64,000 nucleotides of DNA from Octopus vulgaris (GCA_951406725.2 OX597814.1:99076001-99140000), one strand, 5' to 3'; positions 1 to 14,559 are shown, numbered from the stretch's first letter. A program made the numbers and translations. Notes: generated from the sequence alone by a model not told the origin.

Positions 1-282
1 GGGTCGATAAATTAAGTACCAGTTACGGACTGGGGTCGATGTAATCTACTTAATCCGTTTGTCTGTCCTTGTTTGTCCCCTCTGTGTTTAGCTCCTTGTG
101 GGTAGTAAAGAAATAGATATTTCATCTGTCTTTACGTTCTGAGTTCAAATTCCGCCGCGATCGACTTTGCCTTTCATCCTTTCGGGGTCGATAAATTAAG
201 TACCATTTGCGTACTGAGGTCGGTCTAATCGACTGGCCCCATCCCGCCAAATTTCGGGCCTTGTGCCTAGAGTAGAAAAGAA
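1..282 (+). mobile_element. tRNA-derived SINE family A, dimer, 5' part outside window
   Basis: B-box-like GAGTTCAAATTCC, core GACTTTGCCTTTCATCCTTTCGGGGTCGATAAATTAAGTACC, tail 1 ending GTAAAGAAATA and tail 2 ending CCTAGAGTAGAAAAG; more than 15 related copies in the window. Confidence 0.85.
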
Positions 283-1552
283 TACATACATATATAAATA
301 TAGGAAAATTCTATAATTATAAGCATAATTATAATAAGGGTTCAGCAAAAATTGGTTCACCACATACCGAAATTTAGAAATAGCAGTTAAATACTATTCC
401 ACCACCCAGACAGTAATACCCTCGATTCACGCAGATAAAGAGAAAAAAATAACGAATCAACCCGGCTTTGATTATATACGAGTTTCTGGGTTCTTTTAGC
501 ATACCGAACTACTTAGTGAAATTATTAATTATTGATTGATTAATTTATTTTACCCTTTATTATTATATAAATATAGATATAGATATAAATAAAAAGATAG
601 ATAGACAGATATGTGTGTGGGTCTGTGTTTTTATTTGCTCCCCCCCCCACTGCCAATCAACGGATGTTGATCTCTTTTATGTCTCCGTAACTTAGCTGTT
701 TGTCAAGAAGATCAATGGAATAAGTGCAAGACTTGAAAACAAAAACAAAAACAAATTAGTGTTAGGGTTGAGTTGATCGACTAAATCATCTAACTCATTG
801 CTCCAGCATGGCCGCAGTCCAATGACCGAAACAATACAAATGATAAAAGATAAGAAATTGTTAACAAATTAATTGCACCAGCAATTAAACTCTCACCCTT
901 TTGTGTTAGTAAGCTATTACCTTGCCCTTAGTCAACAAACTGCTTGACTCTCCACTCATTTTTTTTTGTTTGTTTTTTTTTTTTCGAGAATAAAAATTAA
1001 GAACAACAGCAACATTAGTAACAACGACAATAACAATATATAAAAAAAAAACATAGTAAAAAATATCAACAACAACAAAAACGAAAAATAAAAACAAAAA
1101 AAAAACATTAACAGCAATAACAAATGCAACTCGACATTGAGTAACGGTAAAGCGCACATCTATTCGACTTTAAACGTCTGTCCGGAAACGGCTGAATGTC
1201 GCACACTTGCCCCTTTCACAGACTTAAATTTTCTCTTTCTTTATGTTTTTATTGTCTTCATATCCTGATGCACACTCTCGGTTGACATTATTTTGATGGG
1301 GCTTGAAGCTACTTCCGCTTAATATGCGCATTGCTACTTTTCTATTTATTTACTTTTCCAGTGATCCATCTCTCAAATCGTTATTCTATTTCGTAAAACA
1401 GATCTACTGCATCCCTTTTCTCGCTTACCACCCTCATTTTCGATTCATAATTTATTCCAATTTAAGCATTGCGTGCTCTTTTACTCTTCGCTTAATGTGC
1501 GTGTGTAGTTGTGCATTTACTTTTTACGTTTTTATATGTGTGTGCAACGCAT

Positions 1553-1938
1553 AGTATCTGTATGTATATGTATGTATATATATGTATGTATATGTATGTA
1601 TATGTATATGTATATGTATATGTGTATGTATATGTATATGTATAGTATCTGTATGTATATGTATGTATATATGTATGTATGCATGCATGTTTTATGTATG
1701 CCTGTATATATATGCGTATGTATGTATGTATATATATATATGCATATATATATGTATGTGTGTGTGTATATATATATATGTATATGTGTGTGTATACATA
1801 TATATATGTGTGTGTATACATATATATATGTGTGTGTCTGTGTGTATATATATATATGTATATGATTATATATATATGTGTGTATATATATATATATAAA
1901 ATTATATACATATATGTGTATATATGTATGTATGTATG

Positions 1939-1972
<34 letters not shown>

Positions 1973-2449
1973 TAAATATAAATGTGTGTGTGCATATATA
2001 ATTTCATATTCGTGTGTATATGTATGTATGTGTAATGTTTGTTTATGTGGTTATTTGTTTACACTACATATGGAAATGTGTTTGCATATGGGGATACATA
2101 TCTTCCTTTATGTTTAGGCATGTGTTTCAAAGTATATATACGTACACACACACACACATACACACACACACACACACATACACACGCACACACACACACA
2201 CAATACACGCACATATATGCATGCCTAGAGACAGCCTTTTAACATACATATATGTGTGGTATACATTTTTGCGCGTGTTTTTGTACATATATATAGATAT
2301 ATATGCACACACATATACGTACATTTATACATACACGCACACATATATGCATGTATGTATGTATGTATGTATGTATGTCTGTATGTATATATGCATGTAT
2401 GTATGTATGTATGTATGTATGTATGTATGTATGTATGTATGTATGTATG

Positions 2450-2516
<67 letters not shown>

Positions 2517-2560
2517 GTATGTATGTATGAATGACTGAATATATGTATGTATATATGTAT
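1553..2560. repeat. Compound (TA)n/(TG)n/(TATG)n/(CA)n microsatellite field
   Basis: Directly visible; accounts for the YI/VC/HT-rich ORFs. Confidence 0.95.
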
Positions 2561-2991
2561 ATCGCTTGCTGTTTTCATCTGACAGTTTTAAGGGGTGTTT
2601 TATTTTTATTGAAACTTTCCTACCCATCATAAAACGACGTTAATTTCACATTCAGTTTGAAGAGGATGTCAATAAAAAGATATATGAAACAAAACGATAA
2701 GCGGGCGAGTGCGGTAGGGTGTAGAAAAATAAAATTAAAACATATACATTTCATTGGCAGGCAATGGAAAGACTTAGGATTATAATGTGCGTGTGTTTAC
2801 ATTCACACACTTATACAATTCCCAAGTTTATCTGAATATTCATAATTTCGGGAAAGGAAACCTGTATAGTATGACCCCTATTTTCACGTCAGTTATGACA
2901 GTTTCATAATTCAGCATTTTTATATGTATTTTATATGTTTTGTTTTATTTTATTTTCACAGACAGTAAATGACCCATCACATACATTTTAA

Positions 2992-2999
2992 ATAATAAA

Positions 3000-3049
<50 letters not shown>

Positions 3050-3090
3050 TGATAATAATAATAATAATAATAATGATAATAATAATAATA
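2992..3090. repeat. (AAT)n microsatellite
   Basis: Directly visible. Confidence 0.95.
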
Positions 3091-3684
3091 TGTATGTATG
3101 TCAAAATTAAACACAAGGCACACAAAAAAAGTAAACTGAGTACAAATAAAATGCGACATTTTATTTGACCGTTTATTGAAACCTTTTCGTTTCATAATCG
3201 GTTTGGAAGGGTTGGTTTACATTGTTAATGTTTAACAGACCTAAAATATGCAGTAGGGAAATTAAATAAATAAAACAAGTAAATAACTAGCTAACTAACT
3301 AAATAAATAAACATGTTCGACCGTATATTTATTTGAACGTTCATCGAAATCTTTGCATGTGATAATTGTTTCAGAGAGTCAGATGAGAATTGTATTTGTT
3401 TAACAGACTCGAACGAAAACGCGGTGAAAATGCAAAGCGCTTAAAAGGATCAATGATGTTGAGAGCGGAATTTGATTCGGGTACATCGTAATAAAAGACA
3501 TTAAGTTTACATTTCGAATATATAAATGAATGAATAAATAAATATTGTTTTATTTTCTTTCTCTAATAAGCCCCGGCCAGGAAGAAATTACTTTCAGTTT
3601 GCCAGTGAAACTTAGAGTTGATTACAACAGTTAAAATGTTAGTTCGTTAAAACAGTTCTGATTTTTATTGAATTAAAGATATTA

Positions 3685-3691
3685 CAGAGAG

Positions 3692-3781
<90 letters not shown>
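3685..3781. repeat. (GA)n microsatellite
   Basis: Directly visible. Confidence 0.95.
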
Positions 3782-3784
<3 letters not shown>

Positions 3785-4211
3785 TTGAAGAAAAAATACA
3801 AAACTGCTTCATTCGAAGATATCAGGATTAAATTCGAGATTATTTACATGTATACATTCGTTCTGAAATACTTCCATTTCTTTCAATCATAGAAATGGTC
3901 ATTCTGTGGCACTGCTGTCAAGGATCATATTTTATACGTGTAGATATTATGGTGCGGCTAAAATTATCATTTTGAAAAGATATCGATTATTTGTACGAAA
4001 CACATGAAAACACGTACACACACATACACATTCGTATGCTAATCTATACACATGAGCTTTCGCACAGTTTCCGTCTACCTAATGCTCAAGACGGGGAGTA
4101 ACGAAATTAGACCCAAAACTATGTTATTGCCAGGCGACTTAACCTCATAATCATGCCTGCTTATACATGCATACATACATACATACATACATACATACAT
4201 ACATACATACG

Positions 4212-4283
<72 letters not shown>

Positions 4284-4286
4284 TGT

Positions 4287-4772
4287 AGAGGTGCAATAGC
4301 CTAGTGGTATGGTAGCGGACTCGCGGGCGTAGGATCACGGTTCCGATTTCCAGACCGGGCATTGTGAGTGTTTATTGAGCGAAAACACCTAAAGCCCCAC
4401 GATGTTCCAGCAGGAGGGGTGGTGAACCTTGCTGTACTCTTTCACCACAACTTTCTCCCACTCTTTCTTCCTGTTTCTAAGGGTTAGCCTTGTCACACTC
4501 TGTGTAACGCTGAATCTCCTCGATAACTACGTTAAAGGTACACGTGTCTGTGGAGTGCTCAGCCACTTGCACGTTAATAGATGAGCTGCGACGTCACTGA
4601 TGCCAAGCTGTATCGGCCTTTGCCTTTCCCTTGGATAGCATCGGTGGCGTGGAGAGGGGAGACTGGTATGCGTGGGCGACTGCTGGTCTTCCATAAACAA
4701 CCTTGCCCAGAATTGTGCCTCAGAGGGCAATTTTCTAGGTGCAATCCCATGGTCATTCATGACCAAAGGGAG
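4287..4772 (+). mobile_element. tRNA-derived SINE family C head and body joined to the family D 3' module
   Basis: Head GAGGTGCAATAGCCTAGTGGT...GGTTCCGATTTCC matches the reverse complement of 15527-15836; 4580-4772 matches 22722-22907. Confidence 0.75.
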
Positions 4773-4776
4773 TCAC

Positions 4777-4859
<83 letters not shown>

Positions 4860-4944
4860 GGATAAAACAGTTTTAAGATTTTAGCAAATAGCCAGCATGT
4901 AAAAAATCCATTTGGTAACAATTAATACAAAATATATAATTATG

Positions 4945-5892
4945 AATGTCCTTGAGAACTTTGAGATTGACTTATGCAACCTTGTAAAGAAGGCAAGGTT
5001 TCGGCATTATTCTAACCCCTTCCTTATATCCTTAAATTAATATATGACCAGCATTAAACAGTCTCCCAATCTACACATCCTCACAGACAAAACAAAATAT
5101 ATTTATGAAACAAAAAAATTTTCACACATTCAAGACTCCTCACAAGCGCTATCACCAAATCATACAAAACAATCCGTAATCCCAAATACAATGACATGAA
5201 CACAGACGCAAAGGAGCTAGCTACCGTCTTAGGATAGAGAATCGCGTGGACCGCCCCCCCCACCCATATTACACTTAAGGACCGTAAGATTAATTTCTAT
5301 TCTAACCCGAAATGCAGACTGATCAACCCATCTAAAAGCGAGATAGGTATCACTAGCAAGCGTATTCTCGGTACTTTCAACTCTGACATCAGAAGGGCTA
5401 CAGGGTTGACTCAATGGAACTTCAGCGCAGCTGTATTAGACTTGTTCTGCTGTATCAAGAGTAAACCAGCCTGCAAATTCACCCAGTTCGACATTGTTAA
5501 CTTCTACTCTTCCATATATAAGTCCCTCATCCTGAAGGCCCTAGCTTTTGCTGGACAATTTACCTGTGATCTTGATATCAGATCTTGATATCAGAAGCAT
5601 CATATATGCCAGAAAGTCAATTCTGGTTCATGACGATACCTGGGTAAAGAAAGCAGACAATCCATTATTTGATGTCTCTATGGAGAGCTCTGATGGGGTT
5701 GAAATCCCCAACCTCGTTGAGTTACACATTTTGGATACCCTCAAGAGCCATACCCACCATATTCACTCGGCGCCCCTAAATGCCAGCTGTGCTTTCGCAA
5801 AAAACTGCATGTCATCTACCAATCCGCAATATCCATCAACAAGAAATGGGTATCCTATTGCTGTCACCAGAGGATCACACTTCTGGTAAATT
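4945..5892 (+). mobile_element. Degenerate, internally deleted Penelope-like retroelement (Naiad-type RT plus C-terminus)
   Basis: Manual translation ITLKDRKINFYSNPKCRLINPSKSEIGITSKRIL...TQWNFSAAVLDLF...FTQFDIVNFYSSI and FDVSMESSDGVEIPNLVELHIL match PLE RT motifs (CRLINP, FDIxxFYxSI, FDVTMGSxDGAE); then jumps to PKCQLC...CCHQRITLLVNF, like the Cys-rich C-terminus; frameshifted. Confidence 0.8.
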
Positions 5893-6919
5893 TCAAGCCA
5901 CTGGCCGCCGACAACCCGGATGTATCTCCTTAGTACCAGCCACCCCTAGCATCGCCTTCCTCAGGGTCACCGTCACAAATTAACCCACATGAACAGCACT
6001 GCAAATCACCAATCACCAACAATCCTCTATGCCTGTCTATCTGCATACTCACACCCCTTGTACATCACCCCCTTATGCATCACCTCACGAATATTTCTGC
6101 ATGCGCGCGCACATGAGCGTGAGTACATATATGCATCTTCTCACCGTATGCATGCGCAAAGATGTGTGTGTGTGTGCGCGGACTCATCCATATACATGTG
6201 CATCCGTGTGTGTGCATATGTACATGGAGATAAAGGTGTGCAAGCGTGTGAGTATGTGTTCGCGTGTGTGTGTATGTATGTGCTTGTATGTATGTATATG
6301 TATGCGCATGCGCGTATGCGTTTGTGCCTTCGTGCGTGTGTAAGTGTGTGTGTGCGCACGCTCGATAAATGTGTGAGTGTAAATCATAGCACACATGGAC
6401 ACCTATTATAAGTACGAGTGCATACACGCATATATATGAACATATACATGTACATATATCCATATATATCCCCACATCTACCACTCCTTCCTACTTCTTC
6501 GCAACCACACGACCAATACCTTGTCTACCACGCGGTCGATTTCCTGTTCACCATGCGGTCGATTTCCTGTTTCTGAAATACTAACATTGGACTGCTATAC
6601 CACGTGACATTTCCCGACCAATCGAGAGGCTAACGTCCAGTAGTAAATATTGACTCTCTTCAATCGAACTCTCATTCAGACCCCAATGGCCCAAGACTAG
6701 CCACACGCTTGAAACTCAGAGTACCAAAGAGTCTCAATCAATCTGTTTTGATGTATGTATGTATATATGTATGTATATATGCATGTATGTGTGCGTGTAT
6801 ATGTGTGTATATATATGCTGTGTATATATGTGTGCGCGTGTATATTTATAGATGTATATGTGTGTGTGTGTGTGTGCGTGTGTGTGTGCGTGTGTATGTG
6901 AGCGTGCATGCATATAGTG

Positions 6920-7182
6920 CAGACGCGTCGCCTAGTGGTTAGGCTGTGGAACTCACTATCGCTCGATCAAGAGTTCGATTTCCAGACAGGGCGGAGCGTT
7001 GTATTCTGGAACAGAACGCTTCATTTCACATTGCTTCAGTCCCCTTTTTGATCAATGGAGAGTGTCGGCCTGTTCACCTAGCCAGCAAGGTGGCATCTTT
7101 CGAAGGCTGAAACAATGCAAGTCGCATTGTGACGAGCGATGTGTCACTACATCTGATAATCTGGTCGGTCACGCTATCAGGT
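6920..7182 (+). mobile_element. tRNA-derived SINE, family D-related head with a different tail
   Basis: GCCTAGTGGTTAGG A-box and GAGTTCGATTTCC B-box; body related to the reverse complement of 26240-26490. Confidence 0.65.
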
Positions 7183-7214
7183 TATATATATATATATATA
7201 TATATATATAAGTA

Positions 7215-7360
7215 AAGTTGTAAGGTACCACACGAGTAGAAATTTCCCCAAGACACCCGAAAAAGGCTGGTGGGTATATCAGCCGAAACGTCGTGTTAAC
7301 AACAAACAAGATGAGGACAAATATCTGTCGAATGTAACTAATGTAAATAATGTAAATAAT
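7215..7360 (+). mobile_element. Penelope pLTR-like fragment with degenerate hammerhead core
   Basis: CCGAAAA-A-GGCTG(gtgggtatat)CAGCC-GAAAC at 7257-7289; stem II intact, CUGANGA box mutated. Confidence 0.5.
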
Positions 7361-7873
7361 ATATATAGTTTTAACTGTTGTTTGAAGTAATGTAGTAACT
7401 AGCTTCAGATTTAGAAAGTTTCGTAGAACCACTGACGGACGCTGGAAAATCATGATTTTATCTCTTTTATTCTTTTACTCTTGTTTCAGTGATTGATCTG
7501 CGGTCATACTGGGACTTCACCTTGAAGGAGCTAGCCGAAGAAATCCCCCCAAGTAGTTGTTAACAGTCTCGTATTAATTCAGCTCCGGACTCTGAGGTCA
7601 TCATAAGATATTAGTCAGTTAATTGCATCACCACACTTGTTTGAAGGCTTCCTACATTCAAAATCCTGACTGAGTTAAAGAGTAAATTGGAATAACGAAG
7701 AATTTCTTTTATAAATACCACTGTTGTTTTTGATGATGAAGATGATGATGATCGTTACGATGATGATGATGATGGTGACGACGACGACGTGAAGATAATT
7801 TTTCGAGTTAACGATAAATATATGATATATGAGTGTGTATGCGTGTATGTATATTTTGATATCTTACACACAT

Positions 7874-7904
<31 letters not shown>

Positions 7905-8195
7905 CATATTATGTACGTCCATGTATAGGTATGTAGGTGCGTGATCGTGTGTGCAAACTTGTATACGTATGTGCGTGTACCTCTATGTGTGCGTGTGTGT
8001 ATCTATGTATATGCGTACATGTGTATGTAAGAATACAGTAAAATTTCGTTGGAAATGTATTTTGAACTTTAAAAAAAAAAATATTGATTCGAAACAGTGA
8101 GAGAAGGGAAGGAAGAGGGATAGAGGGAAGAGGAAGGGATAGAGAGAGGGGTTAGGGGTAGAGAGACGGGGTATGGATAGAGAGAGGGGCATAGG

Positions 8196-8256
<61 letters not shown>

Positions 8257-8489
8257 AGAGGGAGGGACGTTACTAATTAGTAAAAACAGACATTTTCTAT
8301 AGCTATATTATTCAAAAGATATTAGAAAGCTACGCTCCTTAACTACTGAAGGAGATTGAGACAAAGCAAAAAATAATTGAACAAACAAAGGAAAGAAGAA
8401 AATTAGTGATCTTGTGCATAAATTTTACTACACCTAAAGTTTTATAGAATTAGAATTTGTTGTACACCTTTCTTCATTAAACATTCTCA

Positions 8490-8900
8490 GGCGCCGGAGT
8501 GGCTGTGTGGTAAGTAGCTTGCTTACCAGCCACATGGTTCCGGGTTCATTACCACTGTGTGGAAACTTAGGCAAGTGTCTTCTTCTATAGCCTCGGGCCG
8601 ACCAAAACCTTGTGAGCGGATTTGGTAGACAGAAACTGAAAGAAGCCTGTCGTATATATGTATATATATATATATATACGTGTGTGTGTGTGTTTGTCCC
8701 CACCCAACATCGCTTGACAACCGATGCTGGTGTGTTTACGTCCCCGTAACTCAGCGGTTCGGCAAAAGAGACCGATAGAATAAGTACTAGGCTTCCAAAG
8801 AATAAGTCCTGGGGTCTATTTGCTCGACTAAAAGGCGGTGCTCCAGCATGGCCGCAGTCAAATGACTGAAACAGTTAAAAGAGTAGAAGAGTAAAAGAGT
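8490..8900 (+). mobile_element. tRNA-derived SINE family B, near full length, internal microsatellite
   Basis: GGAGTGGCTGTGTGGTAAG...CCGGGTTCA head; 3' end GCTCCAGCATGGCCGCAGTCAAATGACTGAAAC then AAAAGAGT repeats; related pieces near 610-850, 12270-12410, 17630-17930, 40845-41000, 46215-46600, 52920-53140, 57035-57195. Confidence 0.85.
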
Positions 8901-9303
8901 TTTGCTAAAGGTTTCGTGTATGCATCATGCAATCGCACACGTACACACACGCATATACATACATACATACATACATACATACATACCTACATACATACAT
9001 ACATACATACATACATACATACATACATACATACATACATACATACATGCACGCATGCACGCACTTATGTATGTATGTGTGTGTGAGTGTAAGCATGCAT
9101 GTGTGTGTGTGTGAGTATGTATCTTCTGATAATGTTGGAGAGATGGACCCATCCGAAGCGCTTATGAAACTGTCATACGGAACTGAGTCAAGAAATTATT
9201 AAATATGTGTCTATGTATTTGTATGTGAGGGTACGTCTCTCTTTTTCTCAATCTCTCTCTTTGCCTCTGTCTGCCTCTGTCGCCCTGTCTCTCTCTCTCT
9301 CTG

Positions 9304-9361
<58 letters not shown>

Positions 9362-9532
9362 TTCCTTGTGTAGCCTGTCCTGTACTTGTAAAATTTTTGT
9401 TTTTCCCGTTTCTACGTCTTGTTGTGGCGTCCTGTACTTACGTATATTTATTTATATATGCATGTATATATACATGTAGATGTAGGTACGTACATATATG
9501 TTTGTATGTATGCATATATTTTTAATTATCAC

Positions 9533-9575
<43 letters not shown>

Positions 9576-10423
9576 GTATAAACATACGTGCATGTATGCA
9601 TACAACCAAAGTACTGCATACAAATATGCGTGCATGAAATATAGTTTGAATTTCTTCGACTTTAAAAACAAAAAATTATTATCATTTATTTATTTGTTTT
9701 CTTTATTCAAATTTTTTTTTCTATTGTTTCTGATGTTTGTTCCGAGGCTGGCGATATTATTTTCTTTATTCTCTGTTGTTGACCCCTCTTAATAATCACT
9801 TATTTATTCTGCATTTTTCAGATCGGAAGCTTGTTTCCCGTGTAATATTTTTACTTTTTCTTTTTTTTTTGTTTCATCCTTAATGCTTCTTAATAATTCG
9901 CTTGACAACCAACTATGGTGTAATGACCCGCGATAACGAAATACAGCAAACTAGCTTGCTAAGTCGTTTAAAGAGCCTGGCAAACTAATATGCTTCCCTT
10001 CTTCACAACACCCTTGTCAAACCTGACACCGTTCATTCCCCGCCACTACCACTATTCAAACATCACTACCACATGGCATCAATGTTCAAATCAAATAATA
10101 TCGGAAACGACGGAAAATTCACTGAACAACGTAAAGAAATAAAGCTAAAGAAAGCCGCCATTGTGGAATAATCACGGCTATTGGAATCAGTAGGAAAAAA
10201 AAAATATCGGAACTCTGTAATGTTGGAAGTAATAGAATAGCTATTATGCTCTGCTTTTCTTTTTCTCCCTTTGACCTGAGCCCCGCTTGACTGTTGTTCA
10301 CTTTCTTGTGTTAACGCCTTCCGTTTTATCTTCGTGAATCTTCCGCTTCTGTTTTATTCTGTTCTTTACTCATCATTTTCTCATTTTCAGATTTTGAAGA
10401 AAATCTAAAGATGCTGTCTTGCA

Positions 10424-10928
<505 letters not shown>

Positions 10929-11236
10929 AAGATAAAGTCGTTGTCGCTGATGGTGGAATGGTGGTGCTTGGGTAGCCTTGCCATCAAGGACGGACAATAT
11001 TTCAAACGACATCAATTCTTTCTTGATGGTGATCCTATTTTAGCCATATTCAATAGCTTCATTTCCTGGCAGTCGTTAATGATTATTTTTCTCTACAATT
11101 GCCTTCACACCTAGTTTTCTTTCTTCAATTTTATTCTTGACTCCCTTTTCCACATATTGCTCCACCACACTTCCTTCTTTTTCTTTCTTCCAATTATCGT
11201 TCACTTCTACATTCTGTCTTGTTTTCATTCTTTTTC

Positions 11237-11620
<384 letters not shown>

Positions 11621-11828
11621 ACTATACTATAGCGAATATGTTTATTGTCCTCGTTACTCGGGACGATTTTTGAATAACGATGCTATTGCATATTACGCAC
11701 TGATGTGCAATTTTCAATATACATAGTCACTCGAGGTTTCCCAAGCTTTTCTTTTAGTCATCTCTCATCACATAATTTTCTTTTATACTCTGTTTTACCG
11801 CGCGCACTCTCTGTTTTCCATCTTTCTT

Positions 11829-11899
<71 letters not shown>

Positions 11900-12544
11900 G
11901 TGCGTGCGTTCGTAGTTGCGATTCTCTTCCTTTTCTCTTTTTACATATTAACTCTAGAGCCTTCATTCATTTTGTATTTCTCGTCTATTTTCACTTACTT
12001 TCGACCTTTCCCAGTATTATTTCCTTCCCTATCTTATAATCTCCCTTTAAATAGAGACCTCATCATAAAAAAAATCTATCCATAGGCTGTCTTCCACCAT
12101 TTTTTTAACCATGTAAAACCACTTAATTTCTAAACCTATCCATTATATCTCTTAATGTCTTGCGACGCAAACTACGGTTCATGATACACCCATATACACG
12201 CTTAAAACATACAGGTATACGTAACGTCACACACACACACGAACATATAATTTATGAAATAAATTACAGTCGTGATGTGTGTAAGAGGTTTGCTTCTCTA
12301 CAGGGTTCAGTCCCACTGCGTGGTACTTTGGGAGAAGTGTCTTTTACTATAGCTTCGTGCCGACGAAAGCGTTGTGAGTGAATTTGCTTGACAGAAACTG
12401 AAAGAAGCCCTTTTTATATCTATCTACATATCTATGATTTAAATCAGGAGAGACAAATTGTCATTACAATTGTTTCCGTAAGCGGACGATATCATTTATT
12501 CCATATATCATGCAATGCAATGTAATACGTGGTATAATTTTTTT

Positions 12545-13109
12545 TCTACTCTAGGCACAAGGCCCGAAATTTTGGGGGAGGGGGCCAGTTAATTAGATCG
12601 ACCACAATAGCAAATGGTACTTAATTTACCGACCCCGAAAGAATGTCGATCTCAGCGGAATTTGAACTCAAAACGTAAAGACAGATGAAATACCTATTTC
12701 TTTACTACCCAATAAGGGCTAAACACAGAGAGGGCAAACAAGGACAGACAGACGGATTAAGTCGATTATATCGACCCCAGTGCGTAACTTGTACTTAATT
12801 TATCGATCCCGAAAGGATGAAAGGCAAATTTGACCTCGGCGGAATTTGAACTCAGAACGTAGCGGCAGACGAAATACCTATTTCTTTATTACCCACAAGG
12901 GGCTAAACACAGAGAGGACAAACAAGGACAGACAAACGGATTAAGTCGATTACATCGACCCCAGTGCGTAACTGGTACTTAATTTATCGACTCCGAAAGG
13001 ATGAAAGGCAAAGTCAACTTCGGCGGAATTTGAACTCAGAACGTAGCGGCAGACGAATTACCGCAAAGCACTTCGCCCGTCGTGCTAACGTTTCTGCCAG
13101 CTCGCCGTC
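12545..13109 (-). mobile_element. SINE family A trimer (head + tail-1 unit + tail-1 unit + tail-2 unit)
   Basis: Three cores; identical junction GAAATACC|TATTTCTTTA at 12694/12695 and 12878/12879, giving a 184-bp unit. Confidence 0.85.
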
Positions 13110-13694
13110 TCATATGGCGTAATATATGGAACTATGAAATGATACTCCTGTTGACCTAATAGGTCGATTGCGCCTTCAGATCAGCATCCGAAGAAGTGAA
13201 TGGACTTCAAGAATAGTATTACATATTTCCGTATAATATGGTATGAATTGCATAACATTGAATGATATCGTCTCTTTACAGAAACAAGGGTAATGTCAAT
13301 TTGAATTCTCCGTTTTTCATTTGAATTATTATTTTTATTATTCTCTTTGCGGGTCTTATATTAAGTCTACTGGATTTTACCTTTGAGTTGTGTAACCTGC
13401 TCGTCACCTCTTCTCAAAAGTATTGCCCATCAGGAGATCTAAACCAAGCAATAACAAACCTCAGTACTTTTTATTATTTTTTTTTACTCCGAATGGATAT
13501 AAAGCACGAGTGTCCTTAGCAAGATTTGGACTCAGAATGAAAAGAGCTGGAAGTTAATGATTTCTGAGCTAAGTAAAAAGTCACTAACTTTGTTGGAAGT
13601 GGGTCTAACCGATAGCTCCGGCATTTAACTGGTACTTTATTTCAGTGCTTCTGAATCATTTTTTCACTTGCGGTACACTTATATTCTTTTTCAA

Positions 13695-13768
13695 TAACTG
13701 GTTAAGTTGGGTTGATTATATTTCGACTTTTGATTTTAAAGGTAAAAATGCTTGAATGTCACTAAGTT

Positions 13769-13813
<45 letters not shown>

Positions 13814-14260
13814 AACATATAAATATTTAATCGCCACACCTCATAAATTCTTTTGTTTCTTTCGAGCGGGGTGGGGTGCAAGTTAATTAAACCGGATCTA
13901 GCACTTGGTGATGGTACCTATTCTAACGATCCCTTAAAAAGGGATTAAAGGCAAAGTCGACCTTATTTGAACTCAAAACGTAAAAAGTTGGATTAAACAC
14001 CGCAAAGCGTGAGTCTTCCTTATCGCAACGCACTAATGACTCTGCCAACTCACCACATTCACAGCCGTTGTTAATGAGATGATATTAATCTTCATATCGA
14101 ACCGATTTCACCCCCACCCCCATTTCAAATTTTATTTTGTATTAGCAGCAGTCCTAAATAATTCAAAGGGATATGATAACCCAATTTTCATATCCTTCTT
14201 CCTATTAAACAAGGGAAGCATTTTTTACTTATATAAAGAAGCTTATTCATTTAATTACCT
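13695..14260. repeat. Left arm of an inverted segmental duplication (partner ~15500-16345)
   Basis: GATATTAATCTTCATATCGAACCGATTTCA vs TGAAATCGGTTCGATATGAAGATTAATATC; CCTATTAAACAAGGGAAGCATTTT vs AAAATGCTTCCCTTGTTTAATAGG. Confidence 0.85.
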
Positions 14261-14330
14261 ATCAAATTTGGCGGAACACCTGAACTAAATATATAACTAT
14301 AATTATAGGGAGAAAAATTATATTCAGGAA

Positions 14331-14559
14331 GGCGGCGAGCTGGCAGAAACATTAGCACGCCGGGCGAAATGCTTAGTATTTCGTCTGCCGCTACGATCTG
14401 AGTTCAAATTTCGCCGAGGTCGACTTTGCATTTCATCCTTTCGGGGGTCGATAAATTAAGTACCAGTTATGCACTGGGGTCGATATAATCGACTTAATCC
14501 GTTTGCCTGTCCTTGTTTGTCCCCTCTGTGTGTAGCTCCTTGTGGGTAGTAAAGAAATA
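14331..14559 (+). mobile_element. SINE family A monomer (tail 1) with target-site duplication
   Basis: GGCGGCGAGCTGGCAGAAAC head to GTAAAGAAATA; AAAATTATATTCAGG at 14314-14328 and 14563-14577. Confidence 0.9.

Noticed and set aside
12695-13060. Regularly spaced repeats resembling a CRISPR array or satellite
   Set aside because: Units are 184-bp SINE bodies without unique spacers; no cas genes; eukaryotic context
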